Of a stretch of 64,000 bases of DNA, positions 40,859-53,235 are shown in pieces. The position numbers and the translations under genes are program-made. How positions within the stretch are numbered: the first letter of the stretch is position 1; each line of letters begins with the position of its first letter. Below the pieces are notes generated by a model, which saw nothing but the letters and a program-made list of their open reading frames with translations, was not told where the DNA came from and made no database searches. Source of the DNA: Amoebidium appalachense (Eukaryota; Protista; Ichthyosporea); contig CAVNZM010000008.1 in assembly GCA_963693365.1 (NCBI GenBank), positions 9,794,293 to 9,858,292 on the forward strand, given 5' to 3'.

Positions 40859-42736
40859 CTATTTATCACTTTGCTTGCCCTTCTTCTTGGCAGCTCGGGT
40901 GGGGCAATCTTTAAAACGATGCCCCGGCTGCTTGCAAGCCCAACAATTGGGCCCCCTCTTATCTTTCTTATTTTCCTTAGCCCATTTGCCCCCCCCATTA
41001 GATTTACCCTTACCACCAACATTACCCCCACTACCTCCGTGGCCACCCCCGTGACCACCACCACCACCACCATGCCCCCCACTACCACCACCCATCTCAT
41101 CTACAGCACCCACATTACGGTTACATTTTAAATTGTGAGCACCCACATCAGCCTCATACCGTCGGATGACACGGCCCATGGCTTGTTTGAGGGTGGTTGC
41201 AGCCCGGGCCTCGGAACAAAGGTCCGGGTAGTCGTTGAGGGTACGTTGGTAATGATGAAGCACAACCTCGGGCATGTCCTTGAGACCCGAGTTGGAGATG
41301 ATGCAATTAAATTTCTTGTGGAATGTCTTTATCGAGGCCCGAGTGTGCATAAAACGAAGCTTGTTCAGCTCGTTAAAATGCTCCTCCTTACGTTCCTTGT
41401 CTAAATACTTCTCAAGGAACTTAGCCCAAAAATCGTCGATGCCGGTGCACGTGGAAAGGTCGACGTTGTCGGCAGCATCTCGGGGGTCCCCGGGGCCCAT
41501 GCACATACGAATAAACATCAACGTGCGATTTAAGCCCACCAACTCCATAATACAAAAGAAAATTAAATGATGTTGGAGTTGTTTGTAGAATTCGTCGATA
41601 TCGGCATCTGCCTCGAGCATAGGACGGGACTGAATTGCTGCTGAGGGGATGTGTTGTATCTTTTCCTTCCCCTCCCGGTCGTCACCGTTGCCGTCGTTAC
41701 CGTCACCGTCATCACCACCGTCACCGTCGTCGCCACCACCATCACCACCACCGTTAGCACCTCCGGCACCATTAGCACCACCGGCACCACCGTCAGCACC
41801 ACCGTCCGGGGGAGGTGGGGGGCCACCGCCACCTGCATTACCATCCCCATTTTCGTTGGCAGCAGGAGGGGGGTTGTTATGCCCCCCCCGGCCACCACCA
41901 CGTCCACCCCTACCACCACGGCCAGAGTTCTTACGGGGGCCCCGTCCGGCACGAACCCACGAGGGGAGCATGCTTGGATGAAATTTTCGAGGGCCCCGGT
42001 TACCATAATAAGTAACCACTAGGTCGAGCTCACCACGACTAAGAGTCACTAATTGATTGATAAATTCATGTGACTTAGTGATGGGGGAAGACTGCCCTGA
42101 AAGGCACGCGTAGTTTTGCCTGGAAGTGAATACATTCGCGAGGGCGAGTAGTTGTTGGTGGAGCAAGGTGAGTGCCGTCGACGAACGGTACAGTGCCGTG
42201 CGCGCTGTACAGCTGGCAAACTTCGATACCAAAAATGCCAGCAGCACGAACAGAAGGAGACACCCAAGAACGCACCAGCACCAAGCTGCCAGGCTCACGC
42301 CCGTCTTGTTGTGCAAATTTGCATACTCCGTTAGGGCGCGTATGAGGGCGTCTGGTGCCTCGGCTTGCGTTTGCGTTGACCTCGACATATAGCCCGTGGA
42401 GAAGGTCGACTGATGAATGTCGATTGTCTTCAGGTGGCAAGTCTTCGGGGTCAAATGATTGGCCGTAGTCGGTTTCCCCTGAATGAAAAGAGAAGCAGTA
42501 TTGATTGTCGTGTTGCAAGTCGTGTGAACGGAAGTAGACACGGTCGAGCAACGGAAGGTCTGCTCCAGGAGGGTGCCACGGTGAAGAGCCGGGGGGGGAA
42601 AGGGGAACATTATAGCCGAGTTCTTCCAGGAAAATGATGTCGGCGTTTCTAGCTTCCCCCCCATGCAGGCCACTAGGGCCGGCATTGTTGTCACCAAAGT
42701 GGTTAGACATGTTAGGACCCAAACAACTAAAAACAT
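40859..42736 (-). CDS. gag: Gag (625 aa from first ATG after the PBS) with N-terminal hydrophobic/TM extension and CCHC zinc knuckle
   Basis: CWACKQPGHRFKDC knuckle, capsid-like FWAKFLEKYL...LNKLRF...SIKTFHKKF, Gly-rich linkers. Confidence 0.88.
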   Translation of the reverse strand: MFLVVWVLTCLTTLVTTMPALVACMGGKLETPTSFSWKNSAIMFPFPPPALHRGTLLEQTFRCSTVSTSVHTTCNTTINTASLFIQGKPTTANHLTPKTCHLKTIDIHQSTFSTGYMSRSTQTQAEAPDALIRALTEYANLHNKTGVSLAAWCWCVLGCLLLFVLLAFLVSKFASCTARTALYRSSTALTLLHQQLLALANVFTSRQNYACLSGQSSPITKSHEFINQLVTLSRGELDLVVTYYGNRGPRKFHPSMLPSWVRAGRGPRKNSGRGGRGGRGGGRGGHNNPPPAANENGDGNAGGGGPPPPPDGGADGGAGGANGAGGANGGGDGGGDDGDGGDDGDGNDGNGDDREGKEKIQHIPSAAIQSRPMLEADADIDEFYKQLQHHLIFFCIMELVGLNRTLMFIRMCMGPGDPRDAADNVDLSTCTGIDDFWAKFLEKYLDKERKEEHFNELNKLRFMHTRASIKTFHKKFNCIISNSGLKDMPEVVLHHYQRTLNDYPDLCSEARAATTLKQAMGRVIRRYEADVGAHNLKCNRNVGAVDEMGGGSGGHGGGGGGHGGGHGGSGGNVGGKGKSNGGGKWAKENKKDKRGPNCWACKQPGHRFKDCPTRAAKKKGKQSDK

Positions 42737-42800
42737 AGTACTTGCTTGATACGAGCACACTTGCAGCACAAGAACAGCGCTGCAGGGGGTGTAGCTCAGC

Positions 42801-43412
42801 TGTTGTATAATATGATCGTGTGTCTGTGACAAACAATATGTTTATAAATGAACGGGGTTGACTAGACCACGCTTTGCTTAGTTACGTGCTAGTCCTACTT
42901 ACACCTAGTAAGCCGAGCACACTAAGTCCGCTCTGAAGCCCCCGACATGCCCTTATAACGGAGCTCGCACAGCGGCTCAGACATGCGCATCGGTATGTGC
43001 TTTTTGGCTACGAGAGCCAATCACATACGGTTCACGGTTCTGTCCCATGGCTATCACGGTTCCAATAAACCTATTGAGCCAATCGGGTGACAGTACTTGA
43101 TTATCGATGCATTCCACAGTCATACCTCACGCGGCTACTTGCATATTTTCCCATGATAAAACTATAACTTAACGCTCATGGTTCCTCTGCTACGTGTCGG
43201 TCCCATGTGGCTATTATATCTGTTTTCCCATGAATAATCCTGCAAGTTGCACGTGCACATACGTTTAACTCCATGCTCATGCGCACAAGACTGGGAGGGA
43301 CATGCATACTGGCCTACCTAAGATCAAACACAGTGGTATATATACATGTACACGTGTGCGTATATCTCAACCTGTGTACATCCATACTAGATATCCGGTA
43401 TAATATACCACA
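42801..43412 (-). repeat. 5' LTR (TATA-like TTATAAG on minus strand at ~42952-42958)
   Basis: Same length and sequence as 35709-36320. Confidence 0.97.
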
Positions 43413-43482
43413 ACCGCATGATAGTGTGCGCGCTAGAAAACAAAAAGAACAAGGTAGAACTTCGGCAGAAAAAAAAAAGAAA

Positions 43483-44093
43483 ATGGTTAGGCGTTTAAGG
43501 AAAGACCAGAGAGTTTGGGTTTTTGCACGCATCTTTGATGGTAAAGCCAGGAACGATGATGAAAGTTGGAGTAAAGAGCAGTTTGGTGAAGAATGGGAAA
43601 CGAAACAGCTCACAGGCACAACTGTGCAAGTATTAAAGAACAACCCACCTTTGCTGGGTTAGTCGGTATGGTGTTTGTAAACACCTACCTGGCCTACAAT
43701 CATTTCATAACAGACGGGGACAAGAATGCACTTTCAAACGAGCAGTGGCGCCAAAAACTTGCGGGTGAACTTGAACTTCTCAACAACCCACTTCTGCAAG
43801 CCGGCAAACAAAGCACGCGCATACTAAAATCGCTGTCAACAAACACCACAACCGCCAAACGAAGCAACCTCTGTCACCCGGTGCTTATCGGTTCCGGCAA
43901 GCGGCCCGACAGTCACTGTGTTATGTGCGCGCGCACGGATCAAAAGGGATGCAAGCGCAGCAGGGTGAGCTGGATGTGCAGCAGGTGCGGTGTGGCATTG
44001 TGCTACAAAAATTCAGATCGCAACTGCTACGAGCTGCACCTGGAAAAGGGGGTGCCTGTACGCCACCGCAGAACCAAAGAGCAGGAGCAGTAG
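43483..44093 (+). pseudogene. Internally deleted piggyBac-like transposase, copy 1 (5' flank 35580-35708 split off by the LTR element)
   Basis: FAGLVGMVFVNTYLAY...WRQKLAGEL and C-terminal Cys-rich domain CVMC...CSRCGVALC...CYELH; N-terminus joined directly to the C-terminal part at ~43645, DDD core absent. Confidence 0.8.
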
Positions 44094-44113
44094 GTGTGAG
44101 AGAGAGAGGAGGT

Positions 44114-44148
<35 letters not shown>

Positions 44149-44710
44149 GGGGGGGGGGGGGACGTAAAGTTGCAGACTTTGCAGACTGCTTTGGGTTTGT
44201 GATCTCGAGCATACCTTTCGTGGGGTATAAGTTTCCTTTATTTTGTCTTTCTATTATAGAAGGGACTGGAACTAGTAGCAACAAGTGTATTCTCTAGCTA
44301 GCAGCACATAGTGGTCTTAGCCGCTCCAGAAACACACAATGAAGGCTATTTTTTAGTTTAAATTAAAATTTAGCGGAAAAACCACGTGTTTTCTTAGAAG
44401 GTCGCCAACTTCGATCGGATGCAAAAAACCCGACCACCTAATCTTAATTCTGAGGCAACCTACCTAACTAAGGTCCAACTTAGGGCACTTTTATCGAGAA
44501 AACCTTAGCCACACTGTCCCTGTTACCACCCGATCTACTTCTAATATTATGTTTACGACTTTTCTTCAATTTTCTGGCTAGTTAATGAGGAAAGTAAGTA
44601 CAAAAGCTTTTTAAGGCCTGGTTACTATGCAACTGCGCTAGAAATAGCGCGATCGTCTAAAAATAGGTTAATTACGACAAAAGTGTCCGAATAGATCTGT
44701 GCGAATTATC

Positions 44711-47600
44711 AATAGGACTGCAGAGTGAGTAGCTTTTGGCGCGCAAAAGATCATGGGTGCAACCGTTTTCCCCCAGTTTTGGGGTGTCCGACTGTCCGAT
44801 CTCGGACACCGTTTGGTTTCCGAACTAAAAGACACCTCATGATAGTTTGTGCGCTAGAAAACAAAAAGAACAAGGTAGAATTAGGGTAGAAATAGGTGAA
44901 AAGAAAAGAAAATGGTTAGGCGTCTAAAGAAACTTTGACCAGAGAGTTTGGGTTTTTGCACGCATCTTTGATGGTAAAGTCAGGAACGATGATGAACGTT
45001 GGAGTAAAGAGCAGTTTGGTGAAGAATGGGAAACGAAACAGCTCACAGGCACAACTGTGCAACGTGAAGTGTTAACCCTACTAACCCGAGTGGGCCATAT
45101 ATATGTTTTCAAGAGGTGCTGGTTGGGCGGAAAAGGCTCAAAAGTATGGAAAAAGCTGTGTCCAAGTATTATGTGATGACATAGAAACGTTTTCTAACAG
45201 CTTTAGCCATGTTTATACGCCTCTTTTTATTTTTCTATAGGACCCTTTTTCTATATAACTGAGTTCCGGAAGCGTGCTTTCGGATTTTCGAAAGCCATCA
45301 TGAACAACCATGTGCGAGCGAGGGATGTGTGTGATTGGCTCAGCATGAAAGTGCGAGCTAAGAAATCGATTGGCCAAATGGTTGATTAGCAGCTCATTAG
45401 CTTTGGCGTCACTGCGGCAACGTGTGATAAGCACTAGCGCACATGTACACGCCCTTTCCACTCGCATCATGCATGCCATTTTGCGAGATCACAAAAGGCG
45501 TATGTATTGTACATGTTTTTAATACGTAAATCAGGGGCGTGCTGTATTCTGACTCTTTGTTTCGTGTTTCGTGTGTAGGGGCATGCCCCTATATCTCTAC
45601 ATTTCCTAAATTCTTTTTCGTGGCCTGCAAGCTGTTGATTGGGTCGCGGGAGCAGGTCTTCCACATGTAAGATGCTGATGTAGACGTCATGCCTGTACGT
45701 ACGTACGCGTAGCTGGCGCGACGCTAGCGCTACGCACAACGGTAGTGTCGTGGAGCTCAATTTTATACCCTAAGTTGCTTCTATAAAGAAAATGAAGTTT
45801 AGTAAAGGTGTTTGCATTATATGTGTGGATTTCGTCCGCAACCTTCAAGGTTTGCCCAATTGCACGTGGCTTGCAACGAAATCTTATAGAGGGAAAACTA
45901 TCTTGACCGAGGCATTTGCCAACGATACATAAATGGCCCAGCGCTGCAAATGAGGGAACATAGTATACGTATACCTGTGTATACCTCGTACGTAAAGTAC
46001 AAAACTCTCCCGTGTCATACGTACATCCCTACGTACATGTTGCAAACGTCTACGTATACGTATATACAGTATGGATGCGCTTTGTAGGTCCGGGGCGAAT
46101 CGGCCGCCCCTACCAACCGAGGCCTGGGCATGGGAACGTGTACTGAGCGAGATCAGCCTGGAGAAAGCTAGCCGTGATAATGGACAAATCCGACAAGAGA
46201 CCGCCAGTTTCACGGCAGTCTAAGGCGTCTTTAGTTGCAAAATACCTCACCTATAATAGTTACATGTGGTAATGCTATAAATATTTTTATAAATTTATGT
46301 TTTTGTATAAAAATAATGAGCAGTTTACGCTATATAATGGGACAACCACGAAAAGCAGGCAACAAACAAATTGGCCGCATTCGCGTTACGTACTCTGATG
46401 ACCAATGATATTGGCGCCTTACACGAGCACACGAACTCGCCATTGCCGAAACGGCTTCCTTCTCCGGTTGTCTGAAATCTCTGTGCTATATGAAAACCAT
46501 GTTTTCTCTTTTTGGTTTTTTTTTACGGATTTACAGAAGTCCTTTGGGGTTTATAACTGTTGTTTCCGCATGACAGTAAAGTTACGTGTGCGATTGCTTC
46601 TGGATGCTCAATAGGATAGCTTCAACACTCAATAGATGGGACCTTCAAATGGACGTGAGTGCATGCATGCATTTGGCATCTTTTGTATCAGTCTTATCAG
46701 CGATGTAAAGGTGTACATTTTTGCCTCCCGTGCTCTTCAGTCACGTTATCCCAAGGCTGCGCAGCTGAAAAGACGGTTTACTTTATTTTCACCGGTGTTC
46801 CGCCAGTTTTCGGATCATTTCGCGGACTTGACCTCGCTTGAGGTATACGCCTACAGGCGCATGTAGGCCGTCGCTCTGGTCAAAACAAGTTGGGATCCCA
46901 TCGACAAACTCACATGGCAAGCTCATCGCGATCTATCCCTGGAAAGAGCCGATAAAATCGACCAATCTGGATCGCTCGAAGTCTGGGAACATTTTTGTCC
47001 CATCATCGATTGCGCTCGGATTCCTAGGGTTAAAGAACAATAAATGGTTGGTACACATAGACTACGACGGGAAAGTAGAAGAAGTACCACGGAGCGAGAT
47101 TCAGCTAGTTGTGGGATGTGCTAAGGCGTACTAGTATATAGACCTTTTTATTGGGGGGACTCCGAGGGGGGAGGGGGGGGGGGAGGGGGGGCAGGGGGCT
47201 CGCCCTCTCCCTCTCCCCCCATACGTTGGCAGGATAAGGATTTCAGCATGCGTGTAGTAACGACAGCAGGAAGTACGGAAGCAGGAGCTCCCCGTATCAC
47301 AAAAAACGGTACACAAGTGCCCAAGCCAAAAGCAGTGCACGAATACTTCACATATTTCAACAGTGCAGACGTACACAACAAACTCTGGCAAGGGAACAGT
47401 TCACTTGAGCAGGCATGGGCCCCCCACTACACCCTGGCACAGCACCTTTGCTGGGTTAGTTGGTATGGTGTTTGTAAACACCTACCTGGCCTACAAGCAT
47501 TTCATTGCAGACGGGGACAAAAAAACACTTTCAAACGAGCAGTGGCGCGAAAAACTTGCGGGTGAACTTCTCAGCAACCCACTTCTGCAAGCCGGGGCAA
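44711..47600 (+). mobile_element. piggyBac-like element remnant, copy 2 (interrupted by 45076-47029)
   Basis: 44711-45060 matches 35580-35708 + 43418-43628; 47248-47600 encodes PKPKAVHEYFTYFNSADVHNKLWQGNSSLEQAW then (frameshift) FAGLVGMVFVNTYLAY. Confidence 0.78.
45076..47029. mobile_element. Non-autonomous piggyBac-type element with TTAA TSD
   Basis: TTAA|CCCTACTAACCCGAGTG ... CGCTCGGATTCCTAGGG|TTAA (imperfect TIR); removal restores ...TTAAAGAACAA as seen uninterrupted in copy 1 at ~43633. Confidence 0.82.
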
Positions 47601-48719
47601 ACAAAGCGCTTTGGTTGAGTCTCCACGAGCAACAACAAAACACACCTATCTCCATTAAGGTGTCTCATGTTTCGTATGAATTTCACCCTTCGGCTGCTTC
47701 AGTTATCGCTAATTTCCGTGCTCGTGTTTAGTTCACCGACGAGAACGCCGGTCTTTTTTCGGCCCCGGGGGTACTGTTATGGAACATTTACTGCTCCAAA
47801 ATAAACGATCATAGCACCAGGACGTGTGTCCGCCATTGCACGATCATGCTAATAATAGTATATTATGTAAACACGTGTGATTATCATGTGCAGATCACCA
47901 AGTGTCACTCTTGACATGTGACACTCGCGTCCACACGGCGTCCATATCATGTTTTGGCACGCGCAGTTCAATGATCTGCGTGCGGCGGTATCCCGCCGGC
48001 AGGCGACTGCGCACGTCACTATATTGTGCATCGAATGTACATCAAGAGATTGAGGTAGACGGGCTCCGTGATTGGACTAGCAATTTAGCTGTCCAGATCA
48101 GGCTCGGGTAAGTGAGTAACGGTTGGCTGAGATCCCCAACAATTGTTGTCACACAATTCAAAGTTTGCCATGGGAGATCTGAAGGTATAAACAGCACACG
48201 CAAGCAAGACCAGTTCACCAGTTCATCATCACTTCTTCAAGACAAGTACTTCAGCTACAGATCAAAGTGTGCTGTGCCGCTGTTACTAAGGTTGACACCT
48301 ATACTGGTGCTTCATCAACCCGCTCTACCATACAACACATGTTTTTTTCCTTCTCTCTACCCTTTATTTCTAGCAAGGCTACGGCTGCGCTCTACCCCTC
48401 TGGCCGCTTATGCTATTGTAAGGGTCCTTTTGGCTGTAGCTGCCTAGCTCGCCACACGTGTGCTTGGTGCCCCGACCCTAGACGGTTGGAGCAGCCACCG
48501 ACGACGGTGCCCTGAGTCTAAACACCTCGGGCTACCTAATAGTATGCACACTTACACACACCACACCACGAACCACCACATATATACATCAGCGTAAATG
48601 TCCTGCACCACAGTTCAAAGGCCCGCAAGCGCTGTGACACCCAGACGCATCATCCTTCATTTCTGTTATCCGGAGAACCCGAGGTCGGCAGTCATACTTT
48701 TCCTAAGGTGTTGCCTCCG

Positions 48720-48765
<46 letters not shown>

Positions 48766-48862
48766 AAAAAACAACAACCCCAGTCTGTGGCACCCCTTCG
48801 TTTCTTACGATTTGCGCTCAGTGGCAGATCTCAATGCCTGAACCTCACTAAACCGTGCCCCG

Positions 48863-48930
<68 letters not shown>

Positions 48931-50230
48931 CCCCTATTTCATTGCACACCCACAACTTTATCCTGTAGCCTCGTGAATGCTCGCTCTTTTTTTTTTTTTT
49001 TTTTTTTTACACTCCACCAAGTAACTACACACCTCCGTGATGGCATATAGGCGGGCGGTGACACCATGTACCACCACTAGGTTTTCATCGTATGTAAGCA
49101 AAAGCGGAAGATACTCTCTTTTCATCCCTGCATCACTCAGTCTGCAGAAACTTCCTATCCTCCGACTAATGATGTCAATAGTACGTAGCTCTCAACGCGT
49201 GCTGCAGTCAGACAGCAGCAGCTAAAGCTAATCATAGTATGCATTGAAGATCTGTGCCAGGTGGCCACTTGGACGCTAGAGATGGTGCTGCTGCTGAACA
49301 CATGCTAAGGAAGCTGAGCACGAGGGATGATTGAGGCTTGACATGGGACAAAAGCATCATTGCCACACATATGCACCCGAATTGACACCCCAAACATACA
49401 TATTGTAGCGACATTCACACAAACCTGCCGCAGCCATGAGTCACAACCGCCTTCACGCACACCATCACACCCTCATATTGCACTTCAGCATCGTTTTCGC
49501 GGCGTATGTACACGCACATGGAAACCACCCACACACCAACACACCAGCCACACATCCACGCATATACACACACTCACCCCTCACCCACACACAGCGCCCA
49601 AACGTCGTACGCGTGTACGCGCACACAGTGACAACTTCCTTCACGGTGCACATGTCATTACACATCATGACGCCACATGTACAGTACCGTCACGGTCACG
49701 GTGCACGGTGCACTTGATCACGTGCACCGGGCCGTGAGCGAGGCTCCCGCCGATCGCGATCGGCGATCGATCAGATCAGCTGTCGCCGGTCCGTGAGTGA
49801 CCGTGACACCTGATGACCATTATGTACAGTGTGCACGATCGATACCTGGGGCTAATAAAACCAACACAGAACATATTTATTGTAGGTTGGCGCAGGTGTT
49901 TTGAACTATATTATTCTTCTTAGGGCCCTGTCGTTGCTATAGTATTTGTGGGTTCTGGAAGTGAGCATTGCAGAGCTAAGCCTTAGCCGAAGCATGCTAG
50001 CTTCGGCAAAATTGATGTGCATCGCCACGAGGCTGCCAAAAATGTTCGAAGGACGCTTCTATTGGTCAGAACATCAAACCAAGGAAGCCAATCACGGCAC
50101 CGTATGGCGTTGGACATTTTTTGGAAAAAATTGATGGCGTAAATGGGACATGATTTACAGCTAATCAACAGGTAGATTGTTCTTGATTGATGCGCAACCA
50201 ATCAAATCAAAACCATAATATCGTATGCAT

Positions 50231-52487
<2,257 letters not shown>

Positions 52488-52637
52488 GTATGCATAATTA
52501 TTTAGCCTCTTAGCCCAAATCACGCTTTTTGTTATACTCAGTGTAGGATTGGCAGATAGGTGGAAAAATTGCGGGGGAGCTTCATTTACTCTCTTACAGT
52601 TCGCTATAAATCACACTATGTTGCAGTCCATACCCTT

Positions 52638-52700
52638 GATTGGTTTATTTGAACCAATCATAGATCATTCAAGTATTCCCAGCTGGGACCTTTTATATAA
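52638..52700 (+). promoter_or_regulatory. CCAAT boxes and TATA box upstream of orphan gene
   Basis: GATTGG 52638, CCAAT 52654, TATATAA 52694; likely 5' UTR intron from GTAAGT ~52875 to CAG ~53200. Confidence 0.5.
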
Positions 52701-53235
52701 ACCGGCCAAAATGTCCCGAAACGACTTCAAGCCTCGTTCCCACGCCTGTAATCTACATCACCGTTTTTCGTCTCACTTTCTACTTTTTTTTTTTTTTTTT
52801 TTTTTTTCTTGGTTCGGCCAGTGCAATTAATCTGGTTTCTTCTCTTTACCTCAAAACGTTTGTTATATAAGCCCGTAAGTATTACACGCAGAGTTCATCT
52901 GCACAAGCTCGTTATGATTAGCCAGATTCGGTCGTGTATCGTTGGAGTACGCTGCTGTTACAGTTTCCATTGTGACCAGGGGCGAGAGAAACGTAGTGCA
53001 GTTGGGGAGAATCTTCAGGGAAGAATAAGTTAATAATACATGAATTGCGTGAACCAGAAATACACACACGCGCGCGCAAACACCATTAGTTTGCCAGTCG
53101 ACCGTCGTGTGAAGTGTATGTGTTGTTTCTTCTCGCTTGCCTGTGTAAAATTGGCAGGCTGCTACACTTCATCCAGCATTTTTTATGTGCTACACACCAG
53201 AACCAGGCTCCAGCCTGCGACAACATAAAGCACCG

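Larger units (their letters stand above)
35709..43412 (-). mobile_element. Full-length young Ty3/Gypsy chromovirus-type LTR retrotransposon
   Basis: 612-bp LTRs with TG...CA ends; 5-bp TSD ACCGC (35704-35708, 43413-43417); gag-PR-RT-RH-IN-chromodomain order; imperfect PPT 36321-36330; empty-site paralogue GACACCTCATGATAG at ~44831. Confidence 0.97.

Noticed and set aside
40853-40861. AG|GTAATT as splice donor joining gag to pol
   Set aside because: Splicing there would leave the TAG in the exon, so it cannot fuse the frames.
42785-42860. tRNA-Ala gene or tRNA-derived SINE
   Set aside because: Only the first 15-16 nt match; no anticodon arm, T-arm or B box follows.
47750-50200. Coding potential between the TE island and the hAT element
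   Set aside because: Short ORFs without motifs; no consistent exon chain found.
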